Part shown: in pieces, positions 1 through 11,400 of the stretch
Layout of the letters: each line of letters opens with the position of its first letter
How positions within the stretch are numbered: the stretch's first letter is position 1
Source of the DNA: Chrysemys picta bellii
Taxonomy: Eukaryota
NCBI RefSeq assembly: GCF_011386835.1
Contig: NC_088792.1
Location: 135,966,001-136,030,000 of the forward strand
Direction of reading: 5' to 3'
Length of the DNA: 64,000 bases
Program-made: the position numbers and the translations under genes
Notes under the pieces: generated by a model
What the model was told of the DNA's origin: nothing
What the model saw: only the letters and a program-made list of their open reading frames with translations
Databases searched by the model: none

Positions 1-636
1 ACGTGTTAGTAGGAGATTTTATATAGCTATAAACACAAATTTATCTTGTGAAAGAGTGTAAAAATCCTAGGTGATCCAAGAGGTTAATATTGTAGATGAA
101 TAGGATTTACACAATTATCTATGTAGTTCGTAACTTTCCAAATCCATCAAAAACAATATTGATTTCTTTTGGTTTTGGGGGTAAAATATAATGTATTTGT
201 TAAGCATGTTTATAGAAATAATCATTGAAGTTATTGAAGTTGTAATAGCAAGTAGAAGAACCAAATATATGTATTAAACTAGGCTTAGTTATATGTCTTA
301 TGCATTAATTGTAAAGGGCTTAGAAAGAGGCCCAGTAGAAGTTAGGATAAGCTAGCATGAGTATTATATGCTTGACCTAAGCTTATAAAATTTAGCATTA
401 TATATCTTGGGATACTTTAGTAATTCATTGTGTGATAAACATGTGAACCATAAACATACATATGGTAGCATCTTAGGGTACTTTTGCAATAAGGTCATGG
501 AGGTAACTGCACTGACAGATCAAAACTATTGGGATATTAATTGATGCAAGTGAGGTGTTACTGATCTGAAGTTTAACTATGGTTAGCCGGAATGCCACAC
601 ATGGGCAGGGACTGAAATCGAATCAAATGTGGTCCC

Positions 637-1392
637 TGTCAAGGTTCCCTCCCCACTCTGAACTTTAGGGTGTGGAGACCTGCATGAAAGACCCCCTGAG
701 CTTATTTCTACCACCTTAGGTTAACAGTACGCTGCTACCACCAAGCGTTAACCAAATATTTAGGGAGACCCACTTGGAACTCTGCCATCCCCCAGATATC
801 TCCCAAGTCCCTAACCCCTTTTCCTGGGCAGACTTGAGAATGATTCCTCCCCAAAGCTCCTACACCCTTTTTCCTGGGTAGGCTTGAGAATCCCCCTCAC
901 CAGTTAGTCCTGATGAACACAGATCCAAAACCCTTGGATCTTAAAACACTGAAAAATCAATCAGGTTCTTAAAAGAAGAATTTTAATTAAAGAAAAAAGG
1001 TGAAAGGAGTACCTCTGTAAGATTAGAATGAAAGATAACCTCACAGACAATCAATTTAAAACACAGAGGGTTTCCCTCTGGGAAAAACTTTAAAGTTATA
1101 CAAAGAACCCAAATTTATCTTCCCTCTTATTTGCAAAAGAACCCACAAACAAGTAATCTAACACATTCCTTCTCTAAATACTCACTACCCTATAGGAGTT
1201 GGATGGTTCCTTCTTTCTCTGTTTCCGGCAAAAGCCCACACAGCACAGACAAAAGACTTTTTACCCCTTCCAGATTTTAAAGTATTTTGTCCCCTTATTG
1301 GTCCTTCTGGTCAGGTGTCAGCTAGTTTATGTGAGCTTCTTAACCCTTTACAGGTAAAAGAGGAATTAACCCTTAACTGTATGTTTATGACA
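637..1392 (-). mobile_element. Solo LTR (Gypsy-like), 5-bp TSD
   Basis: Termini are TGTCA...TGACA. The direct repeat GTCCC flanks it at 632-636 and 1393-1397. The minus strand starts TGTCATAAACATACAGTTAAGGG, typical of turtle Gypsy LTRs. Confidence 0.85.
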
Positions 1393-1659
1393 GTCCCAGA
1401 CATGTGTGGGTCAAATAGGAAAAGTTGTACAAAAGATGTGCTTATTCAGTCAAAAGGAGGCTGTCTGGGGGAAGCAAACAGGAAATTAAACAACAGAGAT
1501 AAGGCATCTTAAAGGATAAATGAAGAAAGCTATTAATTAGGAACGGTCCCTGCCTAGATCTAACCAATCTAGCTAGGTTTAGTCTTCCCAGACCCAAATC
1601 TAGAATCAAAGTGAATATTAGAGCACTAAAGGACCCGAGGCCTAGAAAAGAAGGGGCAT

Positions 1660-1929
1660 TGAGTGGGCAGTAGTGGCTAGACATGAGCCTGTGACAGAGA
1701 AATACATAATATGCTGTCTCTGTCTTCCACCCCAAGACTAGGAATGGCTAGGCTGAATGGAACTTACTCAGCACTTACACTTTATTCTTTCTTTGCAAGT
1801 AGGAGCCAGGCACGCAGGCTTTTTGTTCTTTTGTCCCTTTTGCCTGCTTGCGATGCAATTTGGATGAATAAATAATGCTGTGTTTTGAAGAAACTGTCTT
1901 TGAGTCACTGTAATCAGAAGTTGGTTACA
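1660..1929 (+). mobile_element. Putative 3' LTR of a decayed ERV-like element whose internal part occupies about 1-1656
   Basis: A polypurine tract AGAAAAGAAGGGG (1644-1656) precedes TG at 1660. AATAAA lies at 1867-1872 and the element ends ...GGTTACA at 1929. No TSD can be tested because the 5' end is outside the window. Confidence 0.4.
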
Positions 1930-1934
1930 GATGC

Positions 1935-3394
1935 TGTGACAGGGTCAGGCCAGATGGCTACAAGAGAGTGGTTATTTTTTTTTCCAATGTGCATTACTTT
2001 ACATTTATCCACTGTGAGAGACCCAGACCAGTGGGGTACAGGAGTCTGGTCCTATTGGGATCCAGGATATGGGCGGGCAAAGCCCGCCTACTGCTAAAGG
2101 ATCCCCCCCAACTTAAGGGGGGATCCACAGAACCTGGAGACCAAAAAATTACGGGGGACAACTAATAAAAGAACAGGGACAGGAGTGAGGTCAAAGGATC
2201 AAAAGAAGGGAACAAGATGGGGACACCGAGCAGAGAACCCCAGACAGCACCCACTGCTTCTCGAAGGAATCAAGGTAGTCAATGGACGCCGCCCAGAGGA
2301 GCTCTGCCCGGATACGTGAAGGAACGGAGTACCGGAAATAGGCCCCACAGTCACAGGAGACTCCATCGGCCAACCTCCTCACTCTGGTTTTATAGATGGC
2401 CAGTTTTGCTAGGGCCAGGACGAGGTTGACCAGGAGGTCCCATGACTTTGTGGGGCGACGGATAGGGAGTGCATAAATAAAAAGGTGAGGGGAAAAGTGC
2501 AACCAAAATCTTAACAAAATATCCTTGAGGAGCCGGAATAGAGGCTGCAGCCTGGCGCACTCCAGGTAAACATGCGCCAGAGTCTCCCTCACGCCGCAAA
2601 AGGGGCAGGTGTCTGGGATAGGGTAAACCGCGCCAAGTACACGCCCGTGCTCACGGCTCCGTGAAGGAGCTGCCAACTGATGTTACAAGAGAGTGGTTGA
2701 AGGTAGATACATTAGTTCTAGGTTAAGCAGGTCCCTTTTCCCTGGGTAAGATAACAGGGACTATTCCAGAACACTCAGGAACTTTCTAGAACTAATTAAG
2801 ACAGGCAGGCTAATTAGGACACCAATTGGGAAGCGGCTAGAATTAATTAAGGCAATTCAGCACACCTGATTTTAAAAGGCTCTCACTCCAGTTAGTGAAG
2901 GGTGTGTAAGGAGCTGCGAGTGAGAGGATGTGCTGCTGGAGGACTGAGGAGTACAAGCATTAACAGACAGCAGGAGGAAGGTCCTGTGATGAGGACAAAT
3001 AAGGTGTTGGGAGGAGGCCATGGGGAAGCAGCCCAGGGAATTGTAGCTGTCGCGCAGCTGTTCCAGGAGGCACTCTAGACAGCTATAGTCCACAGGGCCC
3101 TGGGCTGGAACCCAGGGTAGAGGGCAGGCCCAGGTTCCCCCCAAACCTCCCAACTCCTGATCCAACACAGGAAGGTCTCTGAGCTGTTCCCCAACCCACA
3201 TGGTGGATTAACAGAAACTGTGGGGATTGTTCTTACTCTTTTTCTCCATACTGGCCAGTGATGAGGTTATCTGAGTGAACAGCAGATTTGAGCCACGAAA
3301 GTGGCCAAACTGAGGGCTACTGTGAATCTCTGAGGTGAGCAAAATCTGCAAATAAGCGCAGGACCCACCAAGGTAGAGGAGGAACTTTATCACA
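1935..3394 (+). mobile_element. Solo LTR, 4-bp TSD, interrupted by a Tx1 LINE
   Basis: Termini are TGTGA...TCACA, with TSD ATGC at 1931-1934 and 3395-3398. LTR sequence resumes seamlessly after 2698. Confidence 0.85.
1974..2683 (-). mobile_element. 5'-truncated Tx1/L1-clade non-LTR retrotransposon (ORF2 C-terminal zinc-finger region, 3' UTR, A-tail)
   Basis: Minus-strand translation is ISWQLLHGAVSTGVYLARFT/(1-nt frameshift)/IPDTCPFCGVRETLAHVYLECARLQPLF...LALAKLAIYKTR, containing the CxxC...HxxxxC motif of L1/Tx1 ORF2. It ends in an A-run. The 15-bp TSD TACAAGAGAGTGGTT is at 1959-1973 and 2684-2698. Confidence 0.9.
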
Positions 3395-3714
3395 ATGCCT
3401 AGAGGGAAAGGGCTTACAGGTGCCAAACACTTTTGGGTCATTGTGTTAATGTGGTTGGTAAACGGGGGGGCTGCCATCCAGATATCAAGTAAAAGAAAAA
3501 AAAGCTGGACTACATGGTTCCTTACTGACAGAAAGAAAGAAGAAAAGCCTGTCACCTGAAGGGTGCACGTGAGAGGAACTAAAAGCAAAACTCACTCTGC
3601 AACTGTGACACACAGATAGTTGTAAACTTTTGAGGGTTATCTGGCTGAAAGGCAGCAGTAATTGTAAAGTTATTCTTATTTACAAAATTGAGATGCAGTA
3701 TTAATTATTATTCG

Positions 3715-4162
3715 TGTCGCAGAATAACAGAGTTCTCACTTTTTGCTTGGGTACAGCAAGTCAGATACTTTATTCTCTATCAATTGCATAGAGGGAGAGA
3801 GTGCACTAGGACACAGGGTCTCCCCCTCCTAGGCAGGTCTCTCAACAGGTAAACAATTACAGCAAGAATTTATACTTTTTGTTACAGACAATAATGAGCA
3901 ATGGCTGCATTTTGTTTATACATAGGTTATCCTGATATCTTGTTTTTCTTACTAATGTAGACTCTTAGTCTACATTCCATATTATCTACACATTATCTAC
4001 ACAAGGTCGCAACAACTTCTCACACAGTTCTTTCCCACTTGCCTTTCACAATCCTCGCTTCTACAAATCTCGCATTATTAGGGTTACAGTTAGCCTGACT
4101 CTTGCTAACAAACTATCATGCATTGCAATCCCCTTCCTGTCAGTTCTTTCTTTGATTCCACA
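3715..4162 (-). mobile_element. Solo LTR (ERV-like), same family as 48435-48861
   Basis: Termini are TGTCG...TCCACA. It shares long near-identical blocks with 48435-48861 (CAGAGTTCTCACT, CAGCAAGTCAGATACTTT, ACAACTTCTCACACAGTTCTTTCCCACT). Flanks are TTCG/TTAG, a degenerate 4-bp TSD. Confidence 0.8.
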
Positions 4163-5309
4163 TTAGTATTAGTATTTCAGTAGCACCTAGAGGCCTCAAT
4201 GTGGGCTCCATTGTGCTTGATACTATACACATATACAAACAAGACTAAAGGAGCTTAATATATATGTAAATTATTTAGAGGACTATTTAGATGGTATAAA
4301 TAGTAAATTTATAATCTCACCTAAACTGCCCTCATTTCTAATATTTTCCTATTGCAACTTATTTAGCATGGAAAAAGCCATTCATCCCTATTTTAATATA
4401 TTTTTAAGTTTTATCACTTGATTTTTATTGTTTATTTGATTCTTCCTTATCTGATTTAGTCAGGAAGCAAGTCTAAAGCAAAATTGTTGTTTCCAGAATT
4501 TAAGAGTCCCCAATAAACAATGTAATTATTCCAGAACTACTACTTTTCAGATATACCTCAAAACTTTCCTTAATTTTTTTTAGCTCCTTTGCCTATGAAC
4601 TCAATTACCCTAATAAAATCTTTTAAAGTGTGCCATGACAAATTGAAGAGGCATTAAAAGTGTTCTATTCAAAAACATTTCAAGCCTCAGTTATCCTATA
4701 ATGTTAGAAGTCTTCTTTAACAAGGTATTACACTAAAGGTATATCTTCTAGAAATTTGGATTTTTAATGCTTGGGCTCTAATTTGGAGTTTAATCAAAAC
4801 ACTATTAGAAGTTTGAATAGATTCCATTTTGCTATTTTAAACATACATGCAATACTGCGAAAACAGACAGCAGCCTAATCTTATGTAGGAATTGTGCTCA
4901 TGAGAAGAAGAAGAAAATTGTTTTATGTTCAGGTTCATTTGCCTCCAAAAATCAATTAAGTTTAGTTCTTTCATGCTTCATTTTATTACTTTCAGTGAGC
5001 CAGACAGTGCTTCCCTTTAGCTGAGAAAATCTATCTGAGAACTTTTATGTGAAATAGAGCTGATGTCTCCAGCTATGCAAGTAAATGGAAACAGAGTTAC
5101 TTCATAAGAATGTTCTTTAAAAATAAGAACATGCAATATATTAACTGCTTAAATATCTGCACTATTTACATTTTGTATAAAGATCCCATCACCATGGTAA
5201 CGGAACACCATCCAAGAAGGATCCTCAAAAAAAATTAGACAATATCCATTTTGTATGGCTTTTTTTTTTAAGTGAGGTTAGTCTGCTGGATGATGCACAG
5301 GGCTGGGAA

Positions 5310-5485
5310 TTCCTGAGAGACTTTGGGCAAGTCATTTAGGCCCTGTCCTGCAAGATGGATGAAACCCCTCCCCCCAACTGGAACCCCAGTGACTTCAGTG
5401 GAGGCCCATTGTCATGGATCTCAGTGCAAGATTAAGGTCTTAATCTCTCTCTGCCTCAGTGTTAGGTCTCCATCTATAACTTCTG
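5310..5485 (+). repeat. MIR/CORE-SINE-like fragment interrupted by a short palindromic MITE
   Basis: TTGGGCAAGTCATTTA...AATCTCTCTCTGCCTCAGT...TCTCCATCTATAA resembles the MIR core. An insert of about 85 bp carrying CCCAGTGACTTCAGTGG splits it. Confidence 0.55.
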
Positions 5486-5666
5486 TAGATTTAAACAATA
5501 GAAAGTATGTATCAGGACTTCCTAACAATTAATTAGGCTTGAAATCACAGATGAAAAACAGCAAATAAAGTAACTCAGTTGGCCAATAAATACAAAACAG
5601 AAGATGCCCCCTCCACCCTTTCAAGGACCCTCTTTGGAAAAAGCCCATCAAATAAATTGTGATTAA

Positions 5667-5912
5667 GGGTTTGTCTACCAGGTGGGTAATGTGTTATATG
5701 GGGGTGCAATTTCTAAAGCACATTAACGTGCTCTGTGTAGACCCTGATGGTGCACACTAAAGATTCCCTAGTGCACTCTTAGTACTGTTTCAAACAACAC
5801 TAGTTAAAGGGCACCAGCAGGGTCACATGGACCAATTAATGTGCAACCAATGTAGTTCACTTTAGAAATCACACCCATATATAGCGTATTACCCACTGTG
5901 GTAGACACGCAC
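5667..5912. mobile_element. PIF/Harbinger-type MITE
   Basis: TIR GGGTTTGTCTAC...GTAGACACGCAC, TAA on both flanks, and internal dyad symmetry. Confidence 0.65.
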
Positions 5913-6356
5913 TAATACTTTCCCCTACATAACTAGGGCATTGTGAGAATAAATTCATGGATGCCGTTAAGATACTTAGATAATTTAGTGATAGGAGCTG
6001 GATAAGTACCTAGAGAAATAGGGCTTTTTTATTTTAATATGGGGTTATTTGGTGGGTTTTTTGTGGGAAGGCTATAGCAAAAAAGAAAAGGGAGATTTTA
6101 TTTTGCTTTGAAGATACCAAGATTCAAGATACCAAGATACCAACATTCAAGATCTGCCATGCATCTTAATTCTATCTGGTTGCAAAATTTAATTTAGGAA
6201 ATTAACGTGTCTTCCTGTTGGATTTGGGTAAGGATTTAATTTCATATTCCTCTTCCTGAAGAAGATAATAGCATTAGCCTTTTCTGCAAACTGGCCCAAA
6301 AAGGTACTTCTCCATGAGAACCCTTATTTACATTGTGGAGTAGACTGTAACACAAA

Positions 6357-6655
6357 GGCCTGGTCTACACTGTGGGGTGGGGGGGGAGGGGGAAAAATCT
6401 AAGTTACACAACTTCAGCTACGTGACTAACATAGCTGAAGTTGCTTTACTTAGATCTACTCACCGCAGTGTCTTCACTGCGGTGAGTCAACTGCTGCCGC
6501 TCCCCTGTCGACTCCGCCTCTCGCACCGCCGGAGTACAGGAGTTGATGGGAGAGCGCTCGGGGGTTGATTTATCGTGTCTAGACTAGATGCGATAAATCG
6601 ACTCCCACTGGATCGGTCGCTGCCTGCCGATCCAGTGGGTAATATAGACATACCC
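6357..6655. mobile_element. PIF/Harbinger-type MITE (CpG-rich family)
   Basis: TIR GGCCTGGTCTACACT...ATATAGACATACCC and an internal CTTCAGCTACG...TAGCTGAAG hairpin. It is homologous to 28337, 41570 and 53864. Confidence 0.8.
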
Positions 6656-7854
6656 TAAGATTGCACCCTAGTGTGAGCTTTGAAATGCATTATAGGAGGG
6701 CCCAGGGTGGACTCTGTGCAGTCCATTGTAGACAAAAGGCAGGGCTATATCCACCTTCTTCCCCACTCATTTTGGGTGGCTAACAGCTGCAGAGCACTAT
6801 CCAGCAGCTGCCCATGCATTCTGGGGAGCAGAAAAGCATGAATTGAGTCCAGCCCTATGGCAGAGCAAGTTATCACTGGTATGTAGGGAAGAGCTGCATG
6901 GAAGAGAAGACCATGCTTGTTAACAAGCAAACTTGTTCCTTCCATTTGCTTGTTTACTGGGTAAAATAGAAAAAGGGGAGGAATGGCCTAGAAGATTTAT
7001 TCTTATCTGGAGAATGGACTTAGGGTGTGGTACAGAGGAGGCTTACTCCACTGAAAATCTGGAGATAAGCAGACTTTGTCTATCAAGCTCCGCAACTGGC
7101 AACACTGGTTAGTCAGGATGAGAACATCAGCACCTCTGACTCTCATAGCGTGTGCTGGGGACCACAGTGACCTAAGCCGGTGAGACATGAGGCAGACGAA
7201 AGGAAGATGAAAACATTTGGGAGAATTTGTTAATCATTGGTGTCCTCTTTTCACTTGACCCCAAATCATCCACTTTGTCACCTCAGAGGAAGCTAGATTC
7301 ATCTCCTCCTCCAAGCTTGAGACAAGCATGTTATCTCTAGTTTAACAGAGCATTGGGAGAGGCATCAGTATCATGTCATACCAAAAGTTTGGGAGGTTGA
7401 AGTTCTATCACACCTACACTTCTGGTTATAAACAATCTAAACAAAGACTGTTGTCAATTTAAATCCTCAAAAGGAGATGTAGATATGCAATTTTTTTTAA
7501 AAAAACGAAAAACTAATTTTTCAAGTGTATGAACTGTGCATTGCTTCAGGCTGCAATGTGCAAGTAGAAAAGATACACTGTGCAGTAAATTGTCATCATG
7601 ACCTAAGTTATCCAAAAGTGACCAGTGATTTTTGGACAGTAAACTTGCAACAAGTTAAAGAGACTTAATTTTCAGAGTGCTCATCACTTTTTGAAAATCA
7701 GGTCCAATCAAAGTGTCAACTTGGACACACAAAATCTCTAGTTACCTTTGAAAACTTAAGCCTGGATCTTTTTATTTTTAAGTAATAAATCTGATATTTG
7801 CCTGCTTCCAAAACCAGCTCTTTGGCCATTTTTATTTGCTTAATTTTCTAACAT

Positions 7855-8437
7855 CTTGTCTCTATGGCAAAGTTGTACCAACCTAGCTACATCAGTTTAA
7901 AAACTGATCTAGTTTAAAAAGGAGAGCCCTGTATCAGGATTCTCTTAAAAATCAGTTTAAAAGTGCCTTATCTCAATTTAACTCAGTGTTTCTCAAACTG
8001 GGGTCACCACTTGTGTAGGGAAAGCCCCTGGTGGGCCGGGCTGGTTTGTTTACCTGCCCCTTTCGCAGGTCCGGCCGATCGCGGCTCCCACTGGCCACGG
8101 TTTGCCGCTGCAGGCCAATGGGAGCTGCTGGAAGCAGCGCGGGCCAAGGGTCTTACTGGCCACCAATTCCAGCAGCTCCCATTGGCCTGCAGTGGCAAAC
8201 CATGGCTAGTGGGAGCTGCAAGCGGCCGGACCTGCGGACGGGGCAGGTAAACAAACCGGCCTGGCCCGCCAGCGGCTTTCCCTACACAAGCGGCGACCCC
8301 AGTTTGAGAAACACTGATTTAACTAGTTTAGCTATTATATTGATATAAGCCCCCCCTGGGGCTGGCACATATTCAGGTACATCAGTTTCTATGATATTTT
8401 AGTTATATTGGTACAACTTTCACATATAGACAAGGCC
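7855..8437. mobile_element. Old Harbinger-type MITE hosting a hAT MITE
   Basis: Ends are TTGTCTCTA...TAGACAAGGCC followed by TAA. Symmetric arms (GTTGTACCAA/TTGGTACAAC) lie on both sides of the hAT insertion. Confidence 0.55.
7984..8316. mobile_element. hAT-superfamily MITE, near-perfect 333-bp palindrome
   Basis: TIR CAGTGTTTCTCAAACTGGGGTC...GACCCCAGTTTGAGAAACACTG with a perfect 8-bp TSD ATTTAACT (7976-7983, 8317-8324). Confidence 0.92.
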
Positions 8438-11400
8438 TAACTTCCCATTTGTATCAGACTTTTTTGATGCTTCTCCATGCAAAATCATCTTGTAGAAGAC
8501 TGTGTATACACAAATATCAACTGGAAATAGAAAATGAAAAGCCATACCTATGTTACCCATTGCAACTGTACACAGTGATAGAATATTGTTTTTTAAAAGC
8601 AGCCATATTGTGGTATGCCAGTTAGAAGATAAAGTTATAAATGTGTACAATTAACTAAGTCTGTAAGAGCTAATTTACAGTGGCCATAAAAACCATGACT
8701 TGGTGACTAAATGTCATATTGAAATACATTGGAGAGAAAAGGTGGATGAGGTAATGTCTTTTATTGGACCAAGTTCTGTTGGTGAAAGAGATACATGTCA
8801 TTGTAAAGCAGCCAAATTATTGCTAGGGACAAATCAAAATATAAAGTGGTAAAGTCACATTTAATTTACATTTATTGACTTATAAAAAAAGATTACCTAA
8901 TTTATTAGCAATACATTACAAATCTGCGCTACTGAAAACAATTATGTAATGCTGTTTAATCAAAATATACCAAGCAGATTTCAGAAACAGTAATAGGGAT
9001 AAGTAAAACTAGTGTTAAAATCAAAAAGATGTGGCCTCTGATTCTATATTTGGGTCAGATGCCTTTGCAAACCTGAACTTCCCTTTGTAATCTCTGTTAC
9101 CTCCATCACTCCAAACACTTAAAAATGCCCCCCACCATTGGCCTATTTTTCAGAGAGAGGAAGCTCCCACAGCTGCCATTGGCTTTAATTGCAATCATGT
9201 TTTCAGCACTTCTGAAAGTCAAGCCCCATGAACCTTTACAGGTGACTTGCCTGTCATTTGAAACTGCTCAAAACTAGAGATCTCACAGTTTTCTTGAGAC
9301 TTCATTAAAGTCCTCCAATTTTCTGAAAGTTTTATCTAGAAAAGACAATTTTTACTAGGTCACTTTCTGGATCAGCATTTTGTCAAACTCTGACAGCAGC
9401 ACAGAAATACCCAGGTTCTAGGAGCTCATACCTAATGTGTGTGATGCAGAGAAATGCCAGATACATGGTCTCTTCTTTGGTGCAGCATCATGAAACAAAC
9501 CTACTAAACACCACTACCTGAGTGTGTCAAGCTGGAACTCAAGAGCATGTGGCATGTATGAAGCAACACAAGACAGCTAATTCATGAAATGTCTTTTCTC
9601 TTGGAATTGTTTGTACAACTCTGGTACTGAATTCCATGAGATTCCAACCAGCTTTATACTACACTCCCCATAATAGGGTAACACAGTGATGTATGTCGGT
9701 GCGCATGTGAGTGAGTGAGAAATTTCCCAATACCATTTCTGTGGCATCAATTAGTTTGTCTTTCAGACAGTGGCACTGATGAAACTAATATGCATGAGGA
9801 TTACTATGCACACATTCTATGCTATTGGCACCACTTCACCTTGACCTTTGACTTCCCGTAAAATATTTAAGAGAATTATTAGTGTCATTACACCCAGTGC
9901 ACACATAGTTTATGAGAATAAACTTACTCCTGTTCTTTTTCCTAGGGATCTAAGAGCTGCAGGCCCTATCATTATCAATTTCCTCCACTTTCACCTACTC
10001 TTTCCCCACTTCTATTAACCAACATTTTCTGCTCACTAATCTTTTATCTCTTTTCTAAGAAAAGTTTTTTCTTCTTTCACACTATACAGAAGTATCATCC
10101 CCTTCTCATCAGATGAACATCCTGAAACAGTTTGCAATGATCAATAAGGGCCTAATTTTGCAAGATGAGTGCCCTCAACTTCCATCAACAGAGCTAAGTT
10201 TCTGTGTACACTCACAATTAGAGAGGCCCTGATTTTCCACTGGTGTGTATCACTCAGGTACAACACCATTAGCTTCAATAGTCTGATTCTGATCTACACC
10301 TATAAACAGAGGAAGATACGAAAGCTACACAGCCAGGAAATCTAATGTGAAAATTCTCTCCCCTATGTAATAGTATTTATAAAAGGTGAGGCCAATGGGA
10401 CTATTCATGTGTATAAAGTTAATAGTGTATTTAAGGATTTTCTTTGCTCAATCAGTACCGTAGGGATCAATCCATGTCTTAATCAAAACTTTCCATCAAC
10501 TTTAATGGGAGCTGTATCAGGCCCTGAAAGAAGACAGGGCTATTTGAATTATTTTATTGATTACTGTGGCTTAGAAGGGGAGGAAAAAGTAGGCATGCCA
10601 TTCTGACTTTCCTCAATTTTGCCCCACCCATTTCATGTTCCTCTCAGCAGCCCATTCATTCCTCATGATTTAATAATCTCTTCACAGGAGCATTACTTAT
10701 ACCCTCATCATACCTTTCAGTAGTGTGGGTGGCTTAATTTTCAACACTTTGATTGATGTGGTTACTAGGCTCAAAACTATACAAAAATTACAGACTCAGG
10801 AAGATAAAAGCTGTTGTCATCAGCAAGTCCTTATTCCTGGTCAGAGATGAATTTCCAGATACAAGGCTGCATTGTTTCTTTGTGTTGCGACCCAAAGTCA
10901 GACTGGACAACTTTCCAGTTGTTCAGAAGGAAGTCAATGGCTGCAAGAAGTGACAGCCCCTTGGACTGGAATGCGATGAGGCAAGAGGCTACTGGAGGCT
11001 TATTCTGAAGAGTGCAAGTGCTCCCTCAGTTCCTGAACTCTTTGTTGAGGTATGAAATCCATGGAAACATTTGACTGTTAAACCTTCATCATCATAGGTG
11101 AGAACTTGTCATGTACTTCACATGATAGACAAATATGCATACAATGGCTGGGCTGAGTAGCTTTCACAACGATGAAGATGGAATGTTGCTGCATTCTGTA
11201 GTTTAGTGATGTCCTGTCAGGAGCACATGTAGCTGTATTACCCTGTTGTGAATATCTCTCCCAGTTTTGATGGAATCTTTGTAGAAATCATATCTTATCA
11301 CCTCCATGGTCAGAGAGGCATATTGGTATTTATTTCATCAGCATCTATACTTGTTTATTTTAGTCCCATTTCCCCATAAGCTCTCTCTAGCCAAACTATG

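Noticed and set aside
1-360. Hepadnavirus polymerase-like similarity on the minus strand (LLDHLGFLHSFTR resembling VGLLGFAAPFT)
   Set aside because: There is no YMDD, motif spacing is about 20 aa too short and there are many stops. The plus-strand ERV-like reading fits the context better.
1959-1973. Sequence-specific Tx1 target (U2 snRNA, tRNA or microsatellite, as in Keno/Dewa/Kibi/Koshi)
   Set aside because: The target is ordinary LTR sequence with no resemblance to those known targets.
6111-6153. Short AAGATACC/AAGATTC tandem repeat
   Set aside because: Only about 6 degenerate units, consistent with simple slippage. It has no spacer structure and is not CRISPR-like.
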